From Eledone cirrhosa (Eukaryota), in assembly GCA_964016885.1 (NCBI GenBank), contig OZ024740.1:64480001-64544000 (forward strand): 64,000 nt of DNA, given 5' to 3'. The position numbers and the translations under genes are program-made. Positions within the stretch are counted from its first letter, which is position 1; the number at the start of each line of letters is the position of its first letter. A model generated the notes under the pieces. That model was not told the DNA's origin. It made no database searches and saw nothing but the letters and a program-made list of their open reading frames with translations. Shown here in pieces: positions 14,771 through 27,800 of this stretch.

Positions 14771-15391
14771 ATTATTATTATATTATAGTTTAGATTTGAC
14801 ATCGTTTAAACTAAACATTTTGAGAGAGTTTAGATGTACAACAGAAATAATGTTTTTGGTGTTGTTGTTGCTGTTGATTGGGTCACCAAATCAGTCTATT
14901 TATATCTTTCGATACTTTCCTCGCTTCTATTCATGTTTAGTGGGACTACTACCATCCCTCTCTCTTAACTGGAGGTGGTGAGGGAAAAGCGGCTGTAGCG
15001 ATGATGATGATGCAATGGTGGAGGTGGTGATGTGATAGTAGTACTGTAGTGAAGGTGTTGATGTAGCCGTTGGTTTTGGTTTGTTTGTTTGGTTGGCTAG
15101 ATTTTTTGTGTGGTAGTGGTGATGGTGATGATGGTGATGATGGTGGTGGCGGTGTGGTGTTGGTGGTGAAATTATTTGCCATTTTTCATTTTTGACAATA
15201 ACATTTCTGATCCAAAATTAAATATTAACTATTGGAGCCCTATGCCATTATGTGATGCCTTGTCAATCCCTGAGAGTTAAAACTGGTATCTTATGTTCCA
15301 TTTGTAATAAAAATTATTTTATCACAATTGTTTTAATGAAAAACTTACTGGAGCGATTCCATAACACTATCCACAACGTGCGTACCTTCCC

Positions 15392-15426
<35 letters not shown>

Positions 15427-15432
15427 TTATTA

Positions 15433-15711
15433 TTCTTTGAGTCTCCTAATAATAGACACAGCTCGGGAATTTACTGCACTTATGGCATTCCTACTGTTCA
15501 TATGTGATTTTAATACGCTCCTTATTCTCCGAATATATTCAGATTTTATCAATTCCTTCATGTTTTTGTTCTTGATGTCATCAGCCTCCAGAACATCTAA
15601 ATATTTGTATCCTTCTTCAATTTCCTTTATCATCTCACCTGTTGGTATCTGGATTCCATTGCTTCTGCTCAATTTACCCCTCGTCATCACAAGGACTCCA
15701 CACTTACTAAT
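15433..15711 (-). mobile_element. R4/Dong-clade fragment (3' terminal 12 nt fused to RT thumb segment)
   Basis: TTCTTTGAGTCT terminus joined to sequence matching ~16870-17140; (ATT)n both sides. Confidence 0.85.
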
Positions 15712-15727
15712 TATTATTATTATTATT

Positions 15728-17551
15728 GTTCTTTGAGTCTCAGTCATTGATGTTACTTAACCTGAAAGTTTGTTGAAATGAATATCAAGCCACTACCTGC
15801 AGCCTCAGATATTCAGGACGTATCGGAAGGTTCTTGCTGTTGCCAGCAAGCATGCCATTTGAAGTGTTCCAAAAAGCGGGGCGGGGCCAATTTTCTTTAA
15901 CCATCCCTGGAAACTTTTGGAGATAGTCCCCAGTGCGCCTATGACAATCGGGACCACTTTGACTTCATGGCAGTTACAAATCCTTTTTACCTCCCACTTT
16001 AAGTCCTGGTATCGGTTAATTTTCTCCCTCTCCTTCTCTTGCACTCTCGTGTCGAATGCGCAGGCCACATCCACAATCAGGCACTATCTTTTTTCCTTGT
16101 CCAAAACCACCAGGTCAGGTCTATTGTGTTCCAGTTTCTTGTCCGTCTGTATCCTAAAATCCGATAGCACCCTCACCTGATCGTTTTCTATCACCGCCTC
16201 TGGCTTATGCTCATACCACTTCTCAGAATGTGGTAAATTGTTTACTTTGCATAGGTGGCAGTGGATCACCCTGTCCAACACATCATGTATCCAGCCTTTA
16301 TAGTGAGTCAGGGCTAGGTGTTTACACTCGGATACAATGTGAGCCACAGTCTCCTCTCTCTCTCCACAGATCCTGCACAGTGGGCTAGACTCCTCTTTGT
16401 AAATATGGTGTTTCACCCACTGCACTTTGAGGGCCTGCTCTTGCGCAACCATTAGTATTCCTTCTGTAGCCTTTTTAAGGTCTCCTCTTTTCAACCAGTT
16501 CCATGTCTGTGGATCTCTGAATTCCGTTTTCTCAAAGAAGGTACTATGAAGGGATTTTTCATGAAGGTTGCTGTTTCGCCTCGTTGTTATTTCCTCCTTG
16601 GACATCCCCAGGTCTATTGTCCTCTCGTTCAGTACAATTCTGAGCATTGGCTCCTTACCATCGGTCACGTATTTGTGTAGATTGTTTTTCTCCTTCTGAA
16701 CACAGTCTTCTATGCTGATAAGACCTCTTCCACCTTCAGATCTCCTTACGTAGCGTCTATCGACATCACTCCACTTGTGGAAGATGTTGTAGATAGTCAA
16801 TAGCTTCCTAGTCTTCCTATCCATTTCTTTTTGTTCTGCAACATTCCATCTCAGATTTCTCGCACTGTACCTAATAATAGACACAGCACGGGAATTTACT
16901 GCACTTATGGCATTCCTACTGTTCAGATGTGACTTTAATATACTCCTTTCTCTCCGAATGTACTCAGATCGTATCAATTCCTTCATTTTTTTTGTTCTTG
17001 ATGTCATCAGCTTCCAGAATACCCAAATACTTGTATCCTTCTTCAGTGTGAATTTCCTTTATCATCTCACCTGCTGGTACCTGGATTCCGTTGCTTCTGC
17101 TCAATTTACCCCTCTTCATCACAAGGACTCCACACTTACTAATACCAAATTGCATACATATATTATTGCTGAAAATACGGACAGTGTCAACAAGCACATC
17201 CAACTCCTTCTCACTCTCCAGAAGGGCTTAAGATCGTCCATGAAGAGGAGGTGATTGATGGTAAGCTCTTCCTTTCCCAACTTGTATCCTGCTCTCACTT
17301 TTCGCAGTATAATGGTCAGGGGCATCAGGACAAGGACAAACAACAGAGGGGACAGACTATCTCCCTGGAAGATATCTCTCTTGATCTTCACGCTTCCCAA
17401 GGATTCTCCAGCTGATGTTAACTCTGTTTTCCAGGACTTCATACTTTTGCTCAACAACTGTCTGATGTTATCAGCCACCTTGAAGATCTCTAGGCTTTTG
17501 GTGATCCAAGAATGAGGCACCATGTCAAATGCCTTTTTGTAGTCTATCCAT
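15728..17551 (-). mobile_element. R4/Dong-clade non-LTR retrotransposon, 5'-truncated, frameshifted
   Basis: YKKAFDMVPH, IFQGDSLSPLLF, HLLFMDDLK, YKYLG, CRICGEREETVAHIVSEC, NRPDLVVLD, VVPIVIGALG; flanked by (ATT)n. Confidence 0.93.
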
Positions 17552-17577
17552 ATTTATTATTATTATTATTATTATTA

Positions 17578-18433
17578 ATAAACGGAAAAATGAAACGAAA
17601 TTTCATTTCCCACTCTTAGTACGGCTGTTACTTAAATATATGTACTCGTACATACCTATATGTCTACAGACGCACAGTAGTATGTATATATACATATATA
17701 CATACATGCACACATATATATATGTACGTATGGATTCACCGAACATTTATTATAATGCTCGGTGTGTTTGTAAACAAACATCCCGTATTAAGCCGTAGTG
17801 TCCCAACCATCGTTGCTCGTTTGTTCAACACTGACAAAGGAACGCTGTACCAGTTTCAAGCTTATTAGCTATCGTCAGCAACGTATACCTTCCTGCCAGA
17901 TTGTTGAACATATATACTTACCTTATGAATATTAACGGCTGAGTAGCCCAATTTGCATATCGAGTGATTTAATCGGCCGGGTGCACCGAAAACGATAAAT
18001 GGAAAAAATGAAACGAAATTTAATTTCCCACTCTTAGTACGTCTGTTACTTAAATATAAGTATGTACACGTACATACATATATGTATACAGACGCACAGT
18101 AGTATGTATATATATATATACATACATGCACACATATATATATATGTACTTATTGATTCACCGAACATTTATTATAATGCTCGGTTTGTTTGTAAACAAA
18201 CATCCCGTATTAAGCCGTAGTGTCCAGCAACCATCGTTGCTCGTTTGTTCAACACTGACAAAGGAACGCTGTACCGGCTTAATACGGGATGTTTGTTTAC
18301 AAACACACCGAGCATTATAATAAATGTTCGGTGAATCCATACGTACATATATATATATATGTGTGCATGTATGTATATACATACTACTGTGCGTCTGTAT
18401 ACATATATGTATGTACGTTTACATACTTATATT
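17578..18433 (-). mobile_element. Hammerhead-containing element, family B (418-bp monomer, ~1.7 tandem copies plus inverted arm)
   Basis: TGAAACGAAA at 17591 and 18009; 18275-18433 is the reverse complement of the unit's left part; hammerhead 17842-17884; ATTTGCAT at 17951-17958. Confidence 0.8.
17842..17884 (-). ncRNA. Minimal type I hammerhead ribozyme
   Basis: acgttg CTGACGA t agct aata agct t GAAA c tg GTA cagcgt: 6-bp stem I, 4-bp stem II, GUA triplet. Confidence 0.8.
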
Positions 18434-19310
18434 ATTATATATATATATATAACGGACCAGAGTACTCAGTACTTAGTGTAGCAGAGTGGGTAATAGTCGA
18501 AACGGCTTGAGCTCTGCCGTCGGGGTCATACATTTTCATATATAATATATATATATATAAATGACGCCCGAATTCTTTAGCGATAAAATATATGCACTCT
18601 TTAGATATATACGTAACACATTCATGTTATAACCCAATGAATTAATCATCTCAAATAAATAATGCCTATTAACTCGTAACTAGAAAATAGAAAAGTATGC
18701 CGATAAAGCAACTCAGATACGAATACATACATTTATATGCATATATATTTCGATTATCAATATATTTAAATTGACGATATGAGAACATGTACATGAATGG
18801 TACACCGTGTTTAAAGAATAATGCAAATAATTTATCCACTAAAATAGCTGTTCCATTAATATTTTGATAAAGAATAATTTCATACGATACAACTCCAAAC
18901 ATCATTGCTGTGTAACTACACAAATATGATAAATATGAAGAAAAAAATCCAAGTGAATTAAAATCTCCACAATATGAATTCTTTCGATAATTTTTTTATC
19001 GGTCAGGAACAAAATTATGCAAACGGATTCTATATTATTTTGAATTTCTAATTCGGAAAAAGATGATAATTTAAAAACAAAAAGAAACAGGCAAACTGCA
19101 CACTGGTATAAATTCTATTACAAGTCAATATATTGAATAACTATAGCAACACTTCTAACATTCAAATTACACTATGTGTGTGGAACGTATAAAAAGTTTG
19201 CATTACATTGCATTTATTGTATATTTATAAAAATACACGAGATTGAAAATATATTGAAAGTAGACTATTTGGCAACTGTTGCTAATGTTCTGTAGCTCGT
19301 GTCACCAATT

Positions 19311-20181
19311 TGTTAGAGGGTCAGATATCTTTAGAGACAAACATGGGCAATTCCTTCTTCAAATATTCTTGCTCTCTTTTCGAAGAATGGGTGGGGGCGG
19401 AGCCCTGTACAAACATAACTCGACTTGCATCACAATCCTACCTAAACCAAGGCAACAAAACTTCTAAGATTTTGAGGTTTTCTGTTGATTTTAAGACCCG
19501 CTTCAATAAAATGAGGAAGCATCAATTTCGCATCACTTGGAACAGTTCCCAAGAACATAATTCTTGCTATGTGTAGCTAAAAGAAATTGGGAAACGGTCG
19601 TACGCTATCATTCGTGAGTTTTAACGGTTTACAACTTCGTCTACCACGGACTTCTTTTCATCCACAAAGATGCAGACATCTCTGTCACGATGTTTCAAAT
19701 TACCATAAAGTTTGGGACTTCTTTCAGCTGGAATGGCTTTGCAGCGGGTAGTTTGGATATTACGGGTGTCTCCTCACGTACGATTTCATATGGAGAACTT
19801 GTCTCACAGCCCTAGAAACGGCCATTTTACTGATTCGTCGATCTTGAGCCAACTTCACTATCGATTTTGATTGGTTCGACATAATCAATCTTTAAATCCT
19901 GCTAAGAATCGAGGTATGCGTTTTTGGTCATTGCAAGGACTGTGAGGCTTTCGCTGAACATCCTGACTTTTCTTTAAATTGGCTACAACTCTAAAAACAG
20001 TAGATTTGGCAACTTTGTGACTCTAACAATCTCCCGAGCACTTTTGCCAGAGTAGAATAATTCGGTAATATAGTTTAATTCGGTTTAATTCTTTATTCGG
20101 TTTAATTCTTTATTAATATTGATAACTTGTTCAATCCGAAATAAAAAAAATCAGTACAAGTTATTATTCAAGCTGGTCATA
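19311..20181 (-). mobile_element. Degenerate Tc1/mariner-superfamily (maT/DD37D-like) transposase relic
   Basis: Fragmentary minus-strand translation: KLAQDRRISKMAVSRAVRQVLHMKSY, IFVDEKK, PHFIEAGLKIN, SAPTHSSKREQEYLKKELPMFVSKDI*PSN; many stops and frameshifts. Confidence 0.7.
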
Positions 20182-20509
20182 TTTAAAATACATACATTTG
20201 GTAGGTGGGTCTGAGTGTGTGTGTATGTGTGTATGTGTGTATGTGTGTATGTATGTATGAATCTATGTATCTATGTATGTATGTATGTTCTTCTGGTTTT
20301 ATAATTCCACAAATGTTTGCCAATAAAGAGAGTCGGTTTCTAACATAGACACAAGACTCTCTCATTGGAATTTACACAACATTAACTAGGTAGATATGTA
20401 TGCATGCATGTGTAGATATGGATGTTGTTGTATGTGTCGATGTGTATGTTTTGAGTTGTATGTGTGCATGTGTATATGCTTTGCATCTGCACATGTGTAT
20501 ATGCAGTTA

Positions 20510-23500
20510 TTAGATGCATAATTTTACTGTTCCATTAATGGATTGTACTTGTAATTTCCTAACTAGTTGTGTTCTTTCTGTTCCTGTGAAGCCTAGCTTC
20601 TCAAGATTTGTAGAGGCAGTTACTAACATACACCAGTGCCCCAATAATCACAGGCATAAATCTGAAGGTGTAATCAGGGTGGAGTATCTGCAGATTTCTC
20701 ATCAGTTCTGCATAAATATTCTCCTTTTCACTAATCTTTGATATTATATTGGCATCTGCTGGGCAGCTAATTTCCACTACTGTGCATGCTTTCTTCTCCC
20801 TGTCCCATATCATAATATCTGGTCTGTTATGCTGCATTTTATTGGGGTTTTTACAGGAATATTCTACCAGTACGCTTTCATATTATGTACATGCATGTCT
20901 TCCACATTGCTGTAGCTTTTAATGTGTTTATTATCGAGGCTATCTTTTTACGAACTGCATTGACAGTGTTTTGGCCACTACATCATGCCTCATAAGTAGA
21001 TAGTACCGCGATGACATCTTAGGACAGCTGCTGATGACATGGGTGATATCCTCGATGTTAGTTCTGCAGAGTCTGCACTTGTTATCACATCTAGGTGTTT
21101 TCACTGCATCCCTATCTCTTTTGTGAATCAGGTATTTCTTGTTAATCTCCTGTTCTTGGATTGCAAAAGCGTATCTTTCAAAGTGGGAGCCAATATAGCG
21201 GTTGTTGGTCCAATATAGACTACTTTCCTTATCTATATTACTCTCACTCAAGAGCTTCCTGGCAAGATATCCATGCATCATTTTTTGCTGATAAGTATGC
21301 AGTTTTCATCCATTGATTCACTGCGATACTGCTGATCGACCTCCCTGGGTGTGAGTTTTTGATTATCACATAGGGAATATCTCTTGAGGAGTTCCTTCCC
21401 AACTCTCATGATATTATCTGTTTCATGCAGATAGACTTGCTCGAGAAACGGGCTCCTATGCTTCGAGGTTCGTAAGATGTTGTCGGAGAGATATGATGCG
21501 ACATTCAAATGTTGTCTGGACTGATGTTAGGCCTCTGCCTCCCTGCTTACGTTTCAAGTAAAGGCGGTCTATTTCACTGTTGATGTGGATGTTTCCGGTG
21601 TTGTTTAGTATTTTTCGAGTTCCAACATCAACTGCTCGGATTTCGTCTATCGTCCAATTGAGTATTCCAAACGTTGGTGTTAAGACAGGCACATCAAACA
21701 CATTGTGAGCCACTGTTTTGTTTTGCGCAGAGAATTCCGATTACCAGATCTTTCTTAATCGGGGGTAGTATTCCCTGGTTACGTGTTCTTTATTACAGAT
21801 ACCATTATAGAATATGTTCTCATCTACCCCAGGTATCTGTAGCAGTCCTCATCAGATATCGGTGAAACAGTTAGGCCATTGATGACAATGTTGATAGATT
21901 GGGTTGTTGTTTTTCCCCGCTTTACAGTCATGTATGAGCATTTATCTTGGCCAAACTCCATTCCTATATCCTTTGAGAAAGTTGTAACCAGGTCAAGATT
22001 TTTCTTCATCCCATCCATGTTCTTGGCATAGAGTTTCAAATCGTCCACAAGGAAATTATGGGTTAGGTTCGTATTTCTATCCTCCTGTGAGCCAATGATG
22101 TATCTCTCATATTTCTTGAGCAGAAAGGACAAGGGGTTTAATGACAAGATGAATAATATCACAGAGCGACTGACCCCTGAAATATACCCCTGCAATACTT
22201 TATTTTATCAGTGAAAATAGAGTCCTCCCTCTCTGTCTTTAACCTTAGGATAGTAGCCCAAGAAAAAGACAGCCTCTCTATGGCTCTGATAATAATGCCT
22301 CGGACTTTAGCAAGTTGGAGGGCCTCTATCATCCAAGAGTGGGGAACAGAATCGAAAGCTTTCTTGTAGTCCAGCCAGACTGTAGCCACATTCCTTCTAA
22401 GTTGTCGTAGCTCCGACATCGCAGTTTTGTTGATTAGGAGTTGTTCAGCACATCCCCAAACCCCTTTCTTTCCAGCTGCTTGTTCATCTGTGATGATGTT
22501 ATTATTTTCATAGTGATCTTGGAGGAATAGGTTCAGGCAGGCTGTATACATCTTATACATCGAGTTCTGGCATGCAATGGGTCGGAAGTTTTTTGCCAAG
22601 TGGGTGTCTTTGTTCTTGGGGACCAGTAATGTTTGTGCTAATGTCAACCATTCTGGTATAAGTGTATCTCCCTTAAGAACCTGTTGGTAGAGGTCAGTAA
22701 GATACCTCCGATAGAATATCAGTTTTTTGTACCTGTAGCTGACAATCATGTCTCTTCCTGGTGTTTTCTTATCTTGGAGTTTTCCTATCACAGTCTTAAG
22801 GTTACCCTCACTTATTTCGTGTATTTTTTGTTGTAGTGTAGGAGCAATAGTTCTTTTGGATTTCTCTTAGCGACACTGCATGTTTGTTGAAATTCTTCTT
22901 TTCACCCCATATTTTTCTCCAAAAGGAATCTATGTCTTTCTGGGATGGGGCCTCAGTGACAATTATTATTTTGCCCTTCATATCTCTATAGACTGATGTT
23001 TGGTTTCGTCTGAATCTTTTATTAAGCACTTTTCTCTCATCTACCTTCTTCAGGTGTCGGCGTTTTTCGTTAACAGCTCTCAATTCTTGTTTGAGGGTGA
23101 TCAGCTTATATTGGAGAGTTCTGGTTCTACTGTTACCAAACATCGTCTCCATTTTATTTTTCACTCTTTGTTGGTGAGGAGTGAGGTTTTTTGTGTTTGT
23201 TTGCATGTAAGGAGCATTGTCACATGCCCTATATTTTTTGGTAGGTCAGCAATCTTTTTTTCTATTTTAGTTATATATGATGGTATTTTTGGTGGTGTTC
23301 TGTTCTTGTTAATATCTCTGCTATCACCAAGATAATGCTTCACTGTGGTTGTTAAAGCATATAAACAGGCGTTGAATTGCCAAAATGTTGGGGTTTTTAT
23401 CGGTCGTAAATATTCATCCCCTATTTCGTCAATAACACGTAATATTTCTTTATTTGGTTTTTTATAAAAATTGTCGTTTTAATACGTTCAGCAAGAGAAA

Positions 23501-24057
23501 TATTTATACATGAATTAATTTCTCTCTGGAAGATTTCGTTGAGGGAAATTTTCAATTGATTATTATCATTATCCATAGTATTTTCCACAATAGTCGAGGT
23601 AGACTCGGATGGTACACGTGGTGTCAAATTTCTTCGTTTATTATTACTATTTCTTCGATTGTTATTATTATCGATAGTGTTTTCCCCAGCGTTCGAGGTA
23701 GACTTAGATGGTACACGTGGTGTCAAATTTCTTACAGGCATAGTTGTTTCAAGGCACTCTTCGACCTCGTTGCTAGGAATTCTAGTAGCATGGCGACCTG
23801 TAGCACGTGTTGTTGATCCCACGTTTGTTGTGGGGGACTTCCAATTAATAATATTTATCTTATTTTTACGTTCAACAAACGTCGCATGTTGGCGTAATTG
23901 TTTCGCTGTGAAGTGATTTAGCTCTATGTGCATTTCATCCCAGTGTAGCTTCATTCTGTTCATATAGCCAATGGAGGGATTGTTTTTTGCCATTTTATAA
24001 CAATTAAATAAATCATTATTAAGTTCGCAACTCCAAGAGAAATGCGATTTATAATTT
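20510..24057 (-). mobile_element. R4/Dong-clade non-LTR retrotransposon, CATA-associated subfamily 1, degenerate
   Basis: GYMNRMKLHW N-terminus, KNFRPIACQN, WLDYKKAFDSVPH, GIFQG, FLVDDLK, CRLCRTNIEDITHVISSC, RHD, HNRPDI, MPVIIGAL; multiple frameshifts; abuts (TATG)n. Confidence 0.92.
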
Positions 24058-24143
24058 GTATGTATGTATGTATGTATGTATGTATGTATGTATGTATGTA
24101 TGTATGTATGTATGTATGTATGTATGTATGTATGTATGTATGT
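24058..24143. repeat. (TATG)n microsatellite between tandem R4-clade copies
   Basis: Direct reading; similar arrays at 24876-24888 and 29108-29360. Confidence 0.95.
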
Positions 24144-24875
24144 TAGTTATCTCTTTCTCTTAATTCCGAGTATATTTTTGACCGGCTACCTTCCTGGTGG
24201 CAAGGTTGTAAAAGAAAAGAAATTGTCATCCCTTGAATCACAAGAATGTTTTGCAAATTTTGAAGGTGCCAAATCCAAGTTCAGTCATACTTTGGTCCAA
24301 GCTAGTTGGTATATAACCCGTAGCTCCAATAATGATGGGTAAGACGCTAAAGGTGTATCTTGGATACTGGATTTGTAAACTCCTCATCAATGGTCCGTAG
24401 ATGTCCTCCTTCTCCTGTCTTTCTGTCAATGTTTACATCAAGTGGGCAGCTGATCTCCACAACAGAACACGTTTTCAATGTGTGGTCCCAAACAACAATA
24501 TCAGGCCGGTTGTGCTTTAATTTGGTGGCAGTTTTTACTTTCAGGTTCCACCAGTATTCCTTAGTGCCATCTGTCTCAATATATTCTTCCTCGTTTGTTG
24601 TTAATTTTGTTTTCCAAAGAGCATTCCAGATGGTTCTAGCTATCCCATCGTGTCTCATGGGGAGGTAGTAGCGAGATGACATTCTTTCGCAGCTGGCAAC
24701 AATGTGGCTTACATCCTCGATCTTTGTTTTACATAGCCTACATTTATTGTCAGCTGATGGCCCTCCTCTTTCGTGCAGCAGATATTTGGTATGGAGTTCT
24801 TGTTCCTGTATTGCATAGAGTTATCCCTCAAGGTGTGATGTCATAAACTTGTCGGACAACCATGCCAGGCTTTTT
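24144..24875 (-). mobile_element. R4/Dong-clade 3' fragment, CATA-associated subfamily 2
   Basis: Near-identical to 24889-25680 with small deletions; flanked by (TATG)n. Confidence 0.92.
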
Positions 24876-24888
24876 GTATGTATGTATG

Positions 24889-27800
24889 TTATCTCTTTCT
24901 CTTAATTTCGAGTATATTCTTTTGACCGGCCACCTTCCTGGTGGCAAGGTTGTAAAAGAAAAGAAATTGTCATCCCTTGAATCGCAAGAATGTTTTGCAA
25001 ATTTTGAAGTTGCTAGCTATCGCAACCATTTGTAGACTATGAATTAGGGAGCTGCGCTCTTTGTCCGCAAATCCAAGTTCAGTCATACTTTGGTCCAAGC
25101 GGGTTGGTATATAACCCGTAGCTCCAATAATGATGGGTATGAAGCTAAAGGTGTATCTTAGATGCTGGATTTGTAAACTCCTCATCAATGTTCCATAGAT
25201 GTCCCCCTTCTCCTGTATTTATCTGACAACGTTTACATCAAGTGGGCAGCTGATCTCCACAACAGAACACGTTTTCAATGTGTTGTCCCAAACAACAATA
25301 TCAGGTCTATTGTGCATTAATTTGGTCGCAGTTTTTATTTTCAGGTTCCACCAGCATTCCTTAGTGCCGTCTGTCTCAATATATTCTTCCTCGTTTGTTG
25401 TTAATTTTGTTTTCCAAAGTGCGTTCCAGATGGTTCTAGCTATCCCATCGTGTCTCATGGGGAGGTAGTAGCGAAATGACATTCTTTCGCAGCTGGCAAC
25501 AATGTGGCTTACATCCTCGATCTTTGTTTTACATAGCCTACATTTATTGTCAGCTGATGGCCCTCCCCTTTTGTGCAGCAGATATTTGGTAGGGAGTTCT
25601 TGTACCTGTATTGCATAGAGATATCCCTCAAGGTGGTGTGATGTCATAAACCTGTCGGAACTCCATACTTGGCTTTTTGAGTGGTTTAACCCTCTATGGT
25701 CTGTGTTTTACGTCTCAAGTATCCATGCACAACTGTTTCTGTAAATTGGTCAATTTTTCATCTTGTTTCAACATTGAATAGGATCTTCCGATTTCTCTGG
25801 GTAAGAGATTTATATCAGGCTTTATTCCATATCTCTCCTCAGTCGCTATTCTAATGATATATTTTTTTTCATGCTCATAAACCTGGGCAAGATGGTGCCA
25901 ACCTTTTCCCTCTGTTGCAGGTGTTGCTTCAGTGTTACTATCAGGGTCTCATATGATGTTAATATGGATTTTAGACACCATCCACCTTCCTTGCGTGAGA
26001 AGTATAGCCTATCCACATCACCATTGATGTTAAAGTTCCCAGTAACACTGAGAAGTTTTCGAGTTCTAACATCCATCTCACTTAGTTCTTGCAATGACCA
26101 GTTCAGCAGGCCAAATGTTGGCGTTAGAATTGGCACAGCATAAGTATTGTGGGCAATGTATTTGTTGTACGCTGACAGTTCTGATGACTATATTTTCTTT
26201 ACTCTTCTGAGGTATTAAGTTCTGGTTCTCTCCTTATTTATGGGTCCATCATATCTGACATTCTCATCCTGTCCAAGATATCTGTAGTTGTCATCTGACT
26301 ATAGAGGCTGTATTGTCAGGCCGTTCATCTCTAGATTTCTAGAGGAGGCACAGCTCTTCCACGTTTTACTGCCAAATATGCACACTTGGACTCACCCGAT
26401 TTCATTTTTATGTCTGTTGAAAATTGTGTAATGAGGTCCAATTGTTTCTTAATGTCATTGATATTTGGCCCATACAACTTCAGGTCATCAACAAAGAAAA
26501 GATGGGAGATACTTCTGGATCCACTTCTTTGTCCACCTTGTTTCCTGAGTAGGTAAGATAGTGGATTTAGTGAGAGAACGAAGAGTAGCACTGACAAGCT
26601 ATCACCCTGAAAGATGCCCTTCTGATAATGTATCTTATCAGTCTTAACTTGCTCCTTCTCACCTCTAAGGATCAAATTGGTGTACCAGTTCTTGGTCAGA
26701 CGTTCAACAGCAGCTACCAGTGGTTGTGGGACTTTGGCTAACTGTAACGCCTTAACAACCCACCCATGAGGTACAGTATCAAATGCTTTTTGATAGTCCA
26801 GCCACACCACAGTCATGTTTCTGCGATTCTTTGTTGTTTTTTCTTGAATCATTTTATTAGTTAGTAGGTGATCTATGCAACCCCACACCTCCCTCTTTCC
26901 ACCAGCTTGCTCATGGGTTATGATGTTGTTGGTAGCACAGTGATCCTGTAAGAACAGATTAAGGCACCCAGTATATAATTTATACATGATGTTTTGGCAG
27001 GCTATTGGGCGGTAATTTTTAGCAAGGGTGGTTTGGCTATTTTGGGGAATGAGGAGAGTAGTGGCAGTTGATAACCATCTGGGCAGTTCTTGTGTGCCTT
27101 TAATAGTTTCTGTAAACAGCCGTATGAGATCTTGCCGATAGAAAGTGAAATTCTTCAACCAGTATCCTGTAATGAGGTCTGGGCCTGGTGATTTCCTATT
27201 CGACATTTTCTGTAGATCTGTTTCCAGTATTGACCCATCTATGTCATATTGTTTTGTCTGAGCATGTTGGCAGTAGTCCTGTTCCAGTTCTTTTAGCCAA
27301 TTAGTTTGTCTGTTGAATCCATCATCCGTTTCCCATACAGATCTCCAGTAGCTCTCAACCTGTTCTTTTGAAGGGGTGTCATTTACAGGGATTGATCTGT
27401 TGCCACCGAAGCTGCGATAAACTGATTTAGGATCTCTGGCAAACACTCTATTTAGCACTTGTCGTTTATGTGCTGTTGACTTATATTTTAGTCTTTCTGT
27501 TGTAGCTGTGAGTTGTTGTTTCAGCTGGTGTAATTTGGAGTTCAAAGTTTTAAATTTTGTATCTCCAAATCGTCTCTCTAGCTTTTCTTTAGGTTTTCCT
27601 GGTGTCGTGTGAAGTTGCTCTCTATGTTGCATTTCATAACGACTGCGATGTGTGAGATACTTCGTCTCAGGGACAAAATTTTGCTTTTTAAATTTTGCAT
27701 CCACGCTGGTTCAGGCTTTTTGTTTGTATCTTGATTGCGTGGTTTTAGATGTGTGTTATATGATAGCAATGTGACAGCTGAAACATATAACAAAATATTA

